Shown piece after piece: positions 14,345 to 27,592 of a stretch of 64,000 nt of DNA (its first letter is position 1; the number at the start of each line of letters is the position of its first letter). The notes beneath the pieces are model-generated. The model was not told where the DNA came from and searched no databases. It saw nothing but the letters and a program-made list of their open reading frames with translations. The DNA comes from Selaginella moellendorffii. Taxonomy: Eukaryota > Plantae > Lycopodiophyta. The stretch lies in assembly GCF_000143415.4 (NCBI RefSeq), contig NW_003314268.1:1002072-1066071 (forward strand), read 5' to 3'. The position numbers and the translations under genes are program-made.

Positions 14345-14878
14345 TTTTTTCCCGGCAGGAACAAAAAAGAAAGAAATAAATCCGCGCAGCGCTCTGCCAG
14401 CAAAAAGAATAGCCTAAGATCGATCCGGAGCTGCGAAGAATGCAGATCGGCACACCTAGAGCCCAGAAACCGAGCGATTCCTAAAGAAACCTATCCTGAC
14501 CTGATCAAGCGCCGTCAAGATGCCGCGGGACGCCGCTCGAATCGCCCCTCCCCAGCTCGAAAATCACGCCTCGACCGCCATAGCCAGCGCCATCGCCATC
14601 GCCCCCACTTTTGTCCTCCTTCCTAATAAAGCCCCGCCTTTCGAAAGCTCAAAGATCGCCCTCCTCCGCCATAGCCAAAAGCTTTCAATGTGGAGGTGAG
14701 AAGGAAAAAAAAGAGAGAACGCCTCCACTACTGTAGCAACAAATGAGGTAAAAAAAAATCCCAATTACTCGATTCCTGAGGTAAATAGCGATTCGCGTGA
14801 CGCGTCCGTACGGCCCACCAGGTGTACGGGCGGCGATTAAAAATAAACGGCCGCAAATACGACACGTGGGCTCATTTG

Positions 14879-14880
<2 letters not shown>

Positions 14881-14913
<33 letters not shown>

Positions 14914-14935
14914 CTCGCTCGCTCGCTCGCTCGCT
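14881..14935. repeat. (TC)n/(TCGC)n microsatellite
   Basis: Visible directly. Confidence 0.9.
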
Positions 14936-14939
14936 CCTT

Positions 14940-16786
14940 TCAAATGGAGGAAGACGCGCGTTCTTCTTCGTCTTCCTCGTCGCCAAAGCAGCCCTGGGGA
15001 GAATTCTCGCCCACCGCGATCCCCTGTGCGTTCTCGCAAAAGGAGCTCACGCTGCTCTTCGCTTTGACGCTGGTGAGATTCACGTCCATGAGCACGATCC
15101 CATGGCAGGAGACTGAATCGCTGCACGCGAATCTCACTGCCACCGCCGTGGACGACGTCCCTGTGATGTTTCGGTAGACAATTCCACTCACTTCCACTCC
15201 GGAGGTCTGTAAAAGAAGTTGGGAGTGAGAACCTCCAAAAGTTCTAGCTTTAGAACTAGAACTAGATCTAGAACTAGAAAACAGTAACAGCTTCTATCAC
15301 CTGATTAAGACAGGGAACGGACGAGTCGCAGTAGTACTGATCGATGATAATGGGATTTGCGACGCCGATCATTCTCACGTTTTGGTACAGGACTCCATAC
15401 ACTTTGCCACGGCCTCCCTGTGATCACCATCGAAAGCTAAGCGATGAAAAAGATGGTGCTTGTGATTAAAGCGGGAGTTACCTGCCAGGACTTGATTCTT
15501 AAGCCGTTTGTTGTTCCATTTAAGACGGCCCCGTCTACTACAACAGCACGAACATTCCCAGCCGAGCCATCTTTTCCGAGGCTTCCAATGCTGCATCGAG
15601 AAAAAAACGAGTAAGAGAAGGGACAATGTTATACCAGCAGCAAGAACAGGTCGTTACCTTATTCCGTGACCAGGACCGCAGTAGACATTCTTGATGTGAA
15701 TTCTCGAGCTTCCGGTTTGGATCGAAATGCAGTCATCACCTGGACTCTAGATGCTCAGTGAAAACAACTCTAGCTGGAAAAATACGCGAGAACTACTGAA
15801 CCTGTGGCAATCACGCAATCTTGGATGAATCCGCTTTGCACGTCGTGGAGGTGGATGCCATCTGTGTTCGGGCTTTTCTGCGGTGCGCTGATGTTCAGCC
15901 CGATTGCCCGGATGTTTACTCCAGTGTCAAAAACCAGATGCATTTGCTGGCTGTTGACGAAATGTAGATTCCGGACGGTGGTACTATTGCAGCTTTTGAT
16001 TGTAAGTGCCTGACCAGCAAAACCGTCAGTACTCGAGCATCCAGAAAAGAAAAGAAAAAGTTTTTACCTCCGGTGCGGGGTGGCAGGGCTGAAGACAACG
16101 ACGAAGAGCCAGGTTAAATACGAGCAAGCTGAGAAAAACTAATGCAAAACTACTCACGTTGGAATGATTGCGTTTGCAAGACTGCTCCCACCACGATTCT
16201 CCTTGCCCGTCAATTGTTCCAGTTCCTTCCAAAGTGAAGCCATCCAGATGCTGAAACCGCAGCCACTGACGGCGATTTGTGCTGTTCCAGTCGAAAAATC
16301 CAGGGGCAACTAGAACACCATCCAGCTGAGAGATTAAAACGTTAGCTTCGAGAGAAACAATTGAGAAAATAACGTTCAGAACCTGCACTTTCATTCCCAA
16401 ACCACAAGGACCCGGAAAAACGGTAGGCTGGAGCAAATAAGTCCCGTTTTCGGGTATGACCATCACCGAGTAGTTTGATTCGCAAGCGGCTGACCAGGCT
16501 GCCAAAAATGCCTACAGGAAGAGTGGATGAATTAGAAAAAGAAACGAGAAAATATAAAAGACAACTCGACTTACTGGCGAGCCTGGAGTTCTCTTACCTC
16601 AGAATCGTCCGAGACGCCATCAGAAAGTGCGCCATAATCCAGCACGTTGTAGAAGGTATAGTTGATTCTCCGCGGAGGATGAGGACGAGGACGCAAAATG
16701 TTCCACTGTTCTAGCTCTGCACATCTGCTCAATGTCCAAAACAGTATTATCATGAGCAAAGAAAGAGAAAGCCTGGCCATGCTCAT
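14940..16786 (-). CDS. Polygalacturonase (GH28), multi-exon
   Basis: Signal peptide, [23 protein letters not shown], and catalytic motifs [17 protein letters not shown] and RIKSW. Confidence 0.92.
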
Positions 16787-17378
16787 GCTCGCAAACAGAC
16801 TGTAATAGTTTCTCCTGTTTCAATCCAGGAACAAACGAGTCATCACAACAGCGACTCGAGTTTCACAATCACACAAATGCTCGCAACAAGACAAGCTACA
16901 AAATGGGGACGAGGAGACGAGCTATATGCATAATGGATGGAAGAGTATGGCTGAATGGATGGAGGAGGGTAGCAGTCAGTTCGAGCGGTCGATGGACGGC
17001 ACGCAAAGCAATGCTGGGACGGCAAGAATCTGCACGTATGCATGAAACTCTTGTAAGAAGAGAAGAAATACTTACGCGGGTTTTGAGGGTCCACTTTAAC
17101 AAACACCTGCGAGACGAAAGACTTTCAGAGCTCCAGCATCATAGAAATGAAACAAATGTACCTTGCGGACGAAGCATAGCTCGCTGCAATGCGATTCCAG
17201 CAAGCACATAGCATTCACATGAATCGTCAACTCCAAGGCTGTATGTGCACGTCAAGATCATAAACCCGCCACACAACTCTATTTTGCTTGCACTATATAC
17301 ACGCCTGTGATGATTACGAATTCATACCATCTCTTGGAACATTCTCAAGCCTTTCACTCGTGCACCACGCAAACACCT

Positions 17379-19227
17379 TCAAAGCCTGGAGCGAGAACGA
17401 GCGACGAGTTCTCTTCTCAAGAGCTTTCCCGTGGCAGACTTTGGTATGGCGTCCAGGAATCGCACTTGTCTGACTCTCTTGTAGGGAGCGACCTGTGCGA
17501 AGCAATCTTAGAAACGCATTCTGGTTTCTTGCCCAAACCTGTTTCGAAACAAAATCCACAACTTCCGCTTCGGAGAGAGTGGAATGAGGTACACGAACGA
17601 CATAAGCAAGGGGGACCTCGCCTGCCTCTTCGTTTGGAAATCTGCAACAGCAATAAATACACCAGTTGAGTGAACAGCTACGTGTGCGTTACTTACGGAA
17701 CAACAGTGCAGTCTTGGATCGCAGGATGACTCAAAAGCAATGCCTCCAGTTCAGCAGGCGCCACCTACACTCAAGATTTTTTAGTAGTTCACAACGCGTC
17801 ATCGAGCGGAAATACCTGAAAGCCCTTGTACTTGATCAACTCTTTGAGCCTATCCATGGCAAACATGTTTCCATCCGTGTCAAGGAGGACAAGGTCCCCA
17901 GTATGCAGCCATCCATCCTTGTCAATGGTCTCGGAAGTTGCTTTGGGATTGTTAAGATATCCTACTCACAGCCAACCAGTGCTTGTTAGATCCAAAAGTT
18001 GGAAACGAGAAAGCGAGAAAGGAAACTCACCTTCCATGATGCAACGACCGCGTAGACACAGTTCACCTTGCGAACCAGGAGGGAGAGTTCGACCAGTGCC
18101 TACCTCCACAACTTTCGCTTCAAAACCCGGCATGATCTTCCCAGCCGAGCCGACCACAGTATCTTTGGAAGCTCCAAATCCCAGTCCCGTCGTCTCCGTC
18201 ATGCCATAAGCCTGCCACCAAAGTTGTCGAAAGAACAAAACCAAAAACAAAAAAGAGCTGTAAGAACCATGAAAACGAGGAAAAACTCGAAGAATACCTG
18301 TGGAAATCGAGCCACCTGTGGATACAAGCGAAGAAAAGCCTCGTGAGTCTCTCTCCCGAGGGGCGCGGCACCACACACCACGCGCGAGAGAGAGCTCAGG
18401 TCATACCTCTTGCTCGAGCTATGGTGCTTGATAAACGCAATGATCATTGGAGGGACCGCGGTCATTTGCGTCACCTTGTAGCGCTCGATGGTCTCGAAGA
18501 TCTCCAGGAGCTCAAACTTTGCGACCACCACCATCGTTGTTCCACTGTAGATCGTGGCCAGTACCCCATAGATCAGTCCAGCGATGTGAAAGAATGGAAG
18601 CATTCCGAGCGAGACCTCGTCCTCCGGCACTGGCTCCTTTCGAGCGGTGTAGAGCGTTTCCATGGCCGCGACCAAGTTTCCATGCGATAGAATCACTCCT
18701 TTGCTCACGCCAGTCGTCCCGGAGGAGTAGAGCAATGCCGCTGGACTGAGCTTCTTCTTCGCTGGCAAATCCATGGCGCTGGAATTCCCATCGTCCAGCA
18801 AATCCTCGTAGGAGACATGGCTGACAGGAAATCCTGGCTTACCGACGAGGAGCATCGGCAATCGCAGCTCCTGGATCTTGGAAGCCAAGCTCCCGGACGA
18901 GAAGACGAACCTGGCACGAGAATCCGCGACCTGGCGCTGGATGTCCTTGACAGTATTCTGCGGATTCGCCGTCGTCACAGTCGCGCCGAGCGCCAAGACG
19001 CCGAGGAAGAGCACCACGAACTCGATGCTGTTGCCCAGGACGATCAGCACGACATCGCCAGGGCAAATCCCGAGCGATACCATGCCTGAGGCGGCGGCGG
19101 CGACGCTGCGCCTCAGATCTCCGTGAGAGATCCTCTGGTTCGTTTTGGAATCGATGAATGCGATCTTGTGTGGGGAGACCGTGCCCCATAGAACTTGTAG
19201 AAGAGAGACTGCGTTACTGTCCGCCAT
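17379..19227 (-). CDS. 4-coumarate:CoA ligase-like acyl-activating enzyme, peroxisomal (ends SRL)
   Basis: [17 protein letters not shown]-binding box, [36 protein letters not shown]. The last exon reads [22 protein letters not shown]. Confidence 0.92.
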
Positions 19228-19273
19228 AGCCGTGCTTGAAAGAATTAGGGTTCTTAGTTTTTGGATGGAGAGA

Positions 19274-20673
<1,400 letters not shown>

Positions 20674-20790
20674 AGCGAGGTAACCAAAAAAACTCTCTTT
20701 ACTTTCTCGAAACAAAATCCCATCCTAGATGAGACTTACTGATAACAGCATTGAGTTCTTGACTTAAGGAAACAGATGGAACCATGAAGT

Positions 20791-21159
20791 CTAGAGCTTA
20801 AGCTTCGCTTTGCCGGGTTTGAAGCAACGACAGATGGGTGGAATAGATCTGGTGCAGAGGCTGCAGCTTCCACCGTGCAGGCAGTCCGCATCCGAGCAAC
20901 ACTGTGATGCGGCGCTGCATCTTTTCGGATCCGGGGCGTCGCAGAAGCAAGTTGGAGGAAAGCTTCGGGTGCAACGTCCACAAAACTGGCCTGCCTTGCT
21001 GCATCGCTTGGAGCCGGGGCAGCAGTGGGAGTTTGGCCTGCACACCATGGCCTGGAGATTGGCAGCAGAGACTAAATCATCGCGTTGCTCATCACCAGCA
21101 AGAGCGGCAGCAAGGCAAGAGAGAGCAAGCAAGAGCAAAACACTACGAAGTTTATCCAT
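20791..21159 (-). CDS. Double-headed Bowman-Birk protease inhibitor, secreted, intronless
   Basis: Signal peptide and two canonical C-T-P1-S-x-P-P-x-C loops (CTRSFPPTC and CTRSIPPIC) in a Cys-rich framework. Confidence 0.9.
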   Translation of the reverse strand: MDKLRSVLLLLALSCLAAALAGDEQRDDLVSAANLQAMVCRPNSHCCPGSKRCSKAGQFCGRCTRSFPPTCFCDAPDPKRCSAASQCCSDADCLHGGSCSLCTRSIPPICRCFKPGKAKLKL

Positions 21160-21613
21160 AGTTGCCGTGGAGGAGATAGTTGGCCATTATATTCTCGGTG
21201 CATCCCACGATTTCCACGCATGACATATTCTTTAAAGTTATTTCTCTTAGTAAATCTATTGGATTTTGACCTCAGCCACTTCAGTAGTGATGGATCTATT
21301 GCTATTCTCAGGTTCTAGGATTATGTCCACTGTGACATTCATTGCACCATCCACTGAGCATTCCATGGAAAGATATGCTTCTAGATCCTGATAAATAAAA
21401 GCATATTTTAGAATGATTAAGTATATTGCTAAGATTTTGATAGATATCATAAACCCATTTACTTTAAAAATTTAAAAGAAAAAGTATGAACCACTCTTTT
21501 ACAACTTTATTTATTGCCCACTCTTTATGAATTATGAAACACATATGCCTTTTCTAATACACTAAATGTTTATAGTACATAAAAAGCACTCATTATTTAT
21601 TTTCTTTATTTGA

Positions 21614-22543
21614 TTACTTTGGAATTTTCCAGATACAGGTGAAGTTTTCAATATTGCAAGATGCAATAAAACCTTCATTTTCAACACAAACAGCCATTAG
21701 TTGAAATGACTTTTTATAAAAACCATTTGACCATAAAGCTTTTAAATTATCATTGTAAAGAACAAGATTTCCATCTACCTGTATCCTAAGAAAACAATTT
21801 TTACCTTGATTTTGTGTATTTGTAGACCATATAATTGTTTTTCCTTTATAAAATACTAAATTGCAATCTAATTGCATATATAACATAAATATCATATTTG
21901 GAGATATAATAAATTCCCCAGTTTTTAAATTAGCAAAATAAGAAGTATCTTCTGAGCTTCGGATACAAGTTTTTCGCCATTCACAATCTCCTCCTTCATT
22001 TTCATAATTTATATGTTGTTCGAATGAAATATTTAAGAGATTATTCCTAAAATTTAGTTCATATATTTTATACTTTTTAAGAACTATATTTAAGATAGTA
22101 GAACTTGGTTTTATATATGTGTACATTATACTAAATCTGCCAACAATATATTCACTTAAACCCCATTTTAAAATTTGACTATCAGCTTTTATAGCCTCTC
22201 TAAGTATTCTATAGAATATATATTTTAATGATAAACCTGGTCTTGGAGTACCATAGCTAGGCAATAAGCTACACATTGGTATGTAATACCAAGGAACTGG
22301 ACGATCTAAAGATGTTATTATTACAGTAACTCCAGTGATGATATCAGCAAATCTACGTTCAAACACTGCATAATAAGGAGTTTCATCTCCAATCATTTTT
22401 ATAGCTTCCAGTATAGCAGAAAAGATGAAATAACGCACTTCATCAGGAAGAGGATCAACCTGTTCATGATCTCGCTTGATCTCGAGTGAAATACATGTAT
22501 TAAACAAAATACAAGTAATCAAAACTAACACAATTAAAGACAT
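21614..22543 (-). CDS. Secreted protein: unknown N-terminal region fused to a bulb-type (GNA) mannose-binding lectin domain
   Basis: Signal peptide. The C-terminal ~120 aa carry two QxDxNxVxY sites (QLDCNLVFY, QVDGNLVLY) and the IWSTNT/LWS motifs. The 309-codon intronless frame is open in very AT-rich DNA. Confidence 0.8.
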   Translation of the reverse strand: MSLIVLVLITCILFNTCISLEIKRDHEQVDPLPDEVRYFIFSAILEAIKMIGDETPYYAVFERRFADIITGVTVIITSLDRPVPWYYIPMCSLLPSYGTPRPGLSLKYIFYRILREAIKADSQILKWGLSEYIVGRFSIMYTYIKPSSTILNIVLKKYKIYELNFRNNLLNISFEQHINYENEGGDCEWRKTCIRSSEDTSYFANLKTGEFIISPNMIFMLYMQLDCNLVFYKGKTIIWSTNTQNQGKNCFLRIQVDGNLVLYNDNLKALWSNGFYKKSFQLMAVCVENEGFIASCNIENFTCIWKIPK

Positions 22544-23393
22544 TTCATTTGATCTTTTACTCCTTTAATCTTGTTACAGAATTAAAGGACGAGTGAACAA
22601 ACCTTGCATACTGATGATTTGGATTCTACTTTATTATTTTCATCTATTTTGTTTACATATATACAAGATATCCATAAGGCATTTAGCATATGTCAAAAAA
22701 CAAAAAATGTTATTTTCTATAGAGACAATGCCGTGGCGGAAAAAGATGCAAAACAGATATTAATAATACTTACAATAAGAATCCACCATTGTGTTTTGTA
22801 ATATGTCTGTTTTGCAAGCAAAGATATGGTCATACATGGTAGAGACCAGAGTTAGTTATTTTGCAAGAGAGATGCGGTCAAACGTGGTCAGGCAGAAGGA
22901 TCAGCCCAAGTCCCTCACACAAGGAAAGAAACAACCATTGGTATGGATCTAATCTTAGGTGAATATTGACTATGCAGCAAAGGGCCATGACGAGCTGCTT
23001 GGCCACCAGCAAAAACTGAACAAACTTATAGCAGTTAAGTACAAGGTCTTTGTATGAGATCCTCATGAACCATAAAACACCATAAGTTGGCCATCCCTTC
23101 ATGGTAGTTATCACCTTCATTGTTTATCTAAAAATAGTGTCAATTATCCAAATAGCAACAGCTGGTTGTTTGCCTGTCTTTGCCATGTCCGTTTTGCAAG
23201 CCCAGATGCGGTCAAACACGGTCAGAGAAACAGGGTCAACTAAGGTCAAAAGACAATGCAGCTGGCTGCTTTGTTTTTTAAACTGTAAACGTGGTCTTTT
23301 GGTTGCTTTTGTTTGGTGGTGTTTTCAGACTCATCAGTTAGGGAAGCCATCTCACAGAAGGCCCCGAGAGAGCGCAAGAGAGCAAGAGGCAAC

Positions 23394-24056
23394 ATGGGAG
23401 CTCGCAAGGTACGAGTAATGTAGGACTCCCACACATCGATTTAATCTCGTAATCCCCGGATGGATGCAAATTCCCCCAAAACACCAGATGGTCGTCAAGG
23501 TGAACATCCCCTGCGCAAAATGCCGCGACAAGCTGCTCGGCCAGATCTCCGCTGTGTCAGGTAACTAAAGCACCACACTCTTGGATCTGGAGCAATTTCT
23601 CCGAGTCTATCCTCTCTCTCTCTCTCTCTCACCACTTTGCCCCTTTCTTCTCTGTGCGTGCTCCATCGTCGCGCAGGCGTCAAGAAGGTGGAATCCACCA
23701 CCGAGTGCTGCCCAGTCTTCACCATCGTCGGCGACTTCAAGGTGGAGGACATCTTAAACGCGGCGGGGAAGAAGCGGCGGTGCCTCAAGGTGGAGTCCGT
23801 GGAGGAGCTCCCACCACCGCCAAAGCCCAAGCCCGAGCCCAAGCCGGAGCCCAAGCCGGAGCCCAAGCCCGACCCGCCAAAGGCCCCGCCAAAGGAGATC
23901 ATCATCACCGAGAAAGGTTGGCCAAAGAAGTTGCCAAACGTTCCTCCCGGTACCAGCCTTGTGATCGTGGTGGAGAACTTGAGCTTGTGCCCCAAGGATT
24001 TCGACCACCATGGCGGCGGTGGCCATGGCTGCGAGTGCTGCGATAGCTGCTGCTAA
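23394..24056 (+). CDS. HMA-domain protein with Pro-Lys-Glu linker and Cys-rich C-terminus (copy A). Exons 23394-23408, 23488-23560, 23677-24056
   Basis: Spliced product MGARK|MVVKVNIPCAKCRDKLLGQISAVSG|VKKVES...FTIVGDF...(PKPE)n...HHGGGGHGCECCDSCC. CxxC HMA motif and HPP/HIPP-type micro-exon layout. Confidence 0.85.
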
Positions 24057-24858
24057 GCCACCATAGTCTCTCTAGTTCTTCCTTTCGTACGCTGGACCGC
24101 GCAGTATAGCTATGGAGGCTGGCTCTTCTTCTCGCATCCATTTCGCGAGTACGATATGTCGTGCTTGTTTTGCTCTTCCGGGTTCTCCTCTCCTTCTCGG
24201 AAGTGGTGTCGGGAATAATAATCGCGTGTTAGAAAATGTGGTGGAGAGAATTCATACCAGAGTGACTTTCTTTTCACTCCCTCCCGGTCACGATCTGTGA
24301 ATCTTATAATTCTTTGCTTCTTTCCTCTTTGTTGGTTTCTCGCCTTTTTCTCTAATGCCCGCCATGGCCCGTCGCGGGGCGGCACGCCTCCTAGAGATTG
24401 TCAGCCAAGCATTTGACGTTTTGATCGCCCACAAAGACAATGTGCCGGATATATAAGTTTCAATATGTTGGTCGGTGCTGTTTTTTTTCGTCCAAACTCA
24501 TTAAAGTTGGCCGCAATGTATATGAGTTGTTTTTTGATTTTGTGTGCAATCTCACCATACAGTTGGACGAGTCAGATAAATAAAAATCATGAAATCTTCT
24601 TTCTCCCTGAAAGATGGCAATGGCATATTCCAAGGCGGAAGCACAGCGACACACGTCTCCTCCACCCGTCCGAAGATCAAGCTACCGAAAGTATAAGTTC
24701 TGGCAGAGCGTATGAAATCTACGTATACTTACGAGACATGACTTTGACGTGACAATCGCCTCATCCATCGAGAAAGAAACCGAGTAACAGAAGTTTTGTT
24801 TCCACTCTGATTCATCTAAACTAAGAACCGATGAACTGAGACTAACCTTAAGTTGCGA

Positions 24859-25221
24859 TCAATCGGGTGACAATCCAGACCTTCGCATCCCACTGCGCGA
24901 ATTGTTCTCGTCCGACCATCTCTCGTCCATCTTCTTCACTCGGCAGTCTTGCTCCCAGTGTCCACTCTTCCCGCAATAGCTGCAATTCCCGGGCTTCTTC
25001 TTCCCCCACAGATTCACGCCTCGCTCATCGCCCGTCCGGCGATAGCCCCGCCAGCTCGAGTTGTCTCTCATCACCTGATCAAACTCCCCGAATGCAAACC
25101 CCGGGCAACTCCTGTTGGATCGAATCCAGTCCAGAGAGCCCACATTCTTCCCACAATCCGGGAACTTGGCCAACATGGCAGCCAAAGCACCGAGCTTCTC
25201 CCGAGCCACTCCAGCAGCCAT
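24859..25221 (-). CDS. Small CCHC zinc-knuckle protein (putative)
   Basis: 120-codon intronless ORF containing CSYCGKSGHWEQDC. Confidence 0.55.
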   Translation of the reverse strand: MAAGVAREKLGALAAMLAKFPDCGKNVGSLDWIRSNRSCPGFAFGEFDQVMRDNSSWRGYRRTGDERGVNLWGKKKPGNCSYCGKSGHWEQDCRVKKMDERWSDENNSRSGMRRSGLSPD

Positions 25222-25515
25222 GGATTCCCTTCATCCAAACACCAAGCAAGGAACTGGGCGATCTAGAATCCCGATCTAAAGCTCACCAGTGGCGCTTCCT
25301 TCGCCAAAATGTAGCCCTAGAAGTTGCACAATTCTGGAGTTCGAATCTTGTGAGCACTCTCCGACAGTATCTGCTTTTTTTTGTCGGTCAGCGCCAGTCA
25401 GACGTCAGTCCACTCAAGTCAGAGACGACTTACAAGAGAGAGAAGCTCTCATTGTATATGAGCTGTGCATCTTCTAGGGTCCCAGCCGGAGCGTGGAGTA
25501 CTTCTCTCCGCAACG

Positions 25516-26006
25516 ATGTCTCGAAAGGTATGAATTCGCAGTGCCCGGCAACTCAAATTCTGGTTTTTCCCCCAAAATCAACACACACAGGCCATCTTGA
25601 AAGTCGATCTTTGTGGAAAATGCAAGGACAATCTCTTGAAGAAGCTGTCCGAAGTCTCAGGTATCACCTCTCATCGCTCGGATTCTGATCTCTCCTTTGT
25701 CCTCTTGAATTTGCAGGAGTCGCGAAGGCCGAGGCTACCGGCGACCACCAATTCACCCTCACGGGTGACTTCAAGATCGAGGACATCAACGCCGCCATAG
25801 CCAGCAAGAAGCGTTGCGTCTCCATCGAATCCGTGCAAGAGATCCCCAAGCCTGATCCACCAAAGCCGGATCCACCAAAGCCACCGCCCGAGGTCGTGTG
25901 CCCAAACACGATTGTCATCCACACCAAGAATCTCGTCTTCTGTTTCCACGGCCGCAACATCGGCTGCCCCTGGGATCGCTGCTCGGATCGCTGCTGCAGC
26001 TGCTAG
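25516..26006 (+). CDS. HMA-domain protein with Pro linker and Cys-rich C-terminus (copy B). Exons 25516-25527, 25591-25660, 25717-26006
   Basis: Spliced product MSRK|AILKVDLCGKCKDNLLKKLSEVSG|VAKAE...FTLTGDFKIEDI...KKRCVSIESVQEIPKPDPPKPDPP...GCPWDRCSDRCCSC*. Confidence 0.85.
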
Positions 26007-27592
26007 ATTCTCCTCCTCCCAGGAATTCCTCCCTGGAATCCTTCCCTCCGGGCTGGAAAGGCCTAGAAATCCATCAACAAAGGGAGGAGAAAATCACAAA
26101 AAAAAGCAGAAAAAATCAAGCACATAACTTGTGGATGTCCGCCTTGGATCGGCGCGCGACAAATTTACGATGGAGATGCCACTGGCACACGGTTGGTGTT
26201 TTCGAATCCACAAAAAAAAAAAAGCAAAAAAGGAGTTTGAAGCTTAGCAAGTTTGATCTTGAAACTCAGCTATTTTTCTTAGAGCTTAGCTTGATCAACT
26301 ATTTGGATCAACTTTCACAAGATCTCTTCCTGGGATCGACACAATATGTATTGTTGCCAGCGATCTCAAGGTTATAATAAGACTTGGGCGATTCGATCCA
26401 TCGCATGTCACCATTTATTTCTTCATGATTTCTACGTCCCACTTGGGCTAATTCTCAAAGCTTAGCTCTCTACCAAACAAAAGCAGCGCACATGTGACAA
26501 TGGGATCCACCAAAGAAGTTGTAGCTTTCATTTTTAGCTGGCTGCCACCGAAGAGTATGTTTTCCTTTAATCTCTCTTTTATTATAATCTTTCAGAAAAA
26601 GGTGATAAAAGTACATGACATCATCTAACTTTTTCTTAATATGAGTTTGGATGAAAAAAGTTGTGCTGTCACTTTGGGGGAATGAAACTGAGAAAGGCTT
26701 TCCAGACAATGACCTATACAGTCATGTTTAAAATGAGCTCTAGAGGTTGGGAAGTCAATGTTACTCCTGGTTTTTTCTCATTGGTTCCTTCTCATGGTTT
26801 TGCTATAAAATTTTTGCTGTTTGGTCTTTGTTTCTCATGGTTTGATAAATATCTTGCACCTTTCATTTGCTACTCAGAAGAAAGCTCGAGTTTGACACAA
26901 GTTCTCTTGCGCAACAATGAATTGGAAAGTATGGCTGTGAATTCTATAGTCTCTCTGGGATGATATACCAGCACTCAATCAAAATCTATGTTGGTTTTTC
27001 TAGGCCATCGTCAAGATTCACGATTCCTGCTGGAGGGACAGCGTCGCGGGGCAAATCTACGACAATCTCCCTGGTAATTTCTCCCGTGAACACACCCAGA
27101 CTACGTGCAAAATCTTTGATCCCTCGAAATCGCAGGCGTGATGAGGATGGAACTAAGTGGCTCCCAAGTGACTTACACGGGAGGCTTCAAGAAAGAGGAT
27201 TTTCTAAAACAACTGGACAAGCACAAGAAATGCGCGAGTGTGGTGTCTTTGGCACCGATTGTCCAGCCGCCACCACCGCCACCGCCATGCAATTGCTGCA
27301 ATTCCTGATAGAAAGATAGCTCGATCGATCGATCGATCCAGCAAGAGATCACTCCACCCTACAAGCTTATCGCCCATCAGTGGCGCTGTTAGTTCTATAG
27401 ATCCACGGAAGTGATTTAGCGACTGTGTAAATAACCAAAGATTTCCAAACTACGTGCTTCGTGCTTCAAGACAGACTCGCCTTCAATCCTGGCCATTGGC
27501 CAACTTTGTTACGTTCTAATCGATACTTATCATGGCTAATTGGTGATAAGCAGATAATATACCACCACCAGCGAGTCAATGCCTTGTTCTTG

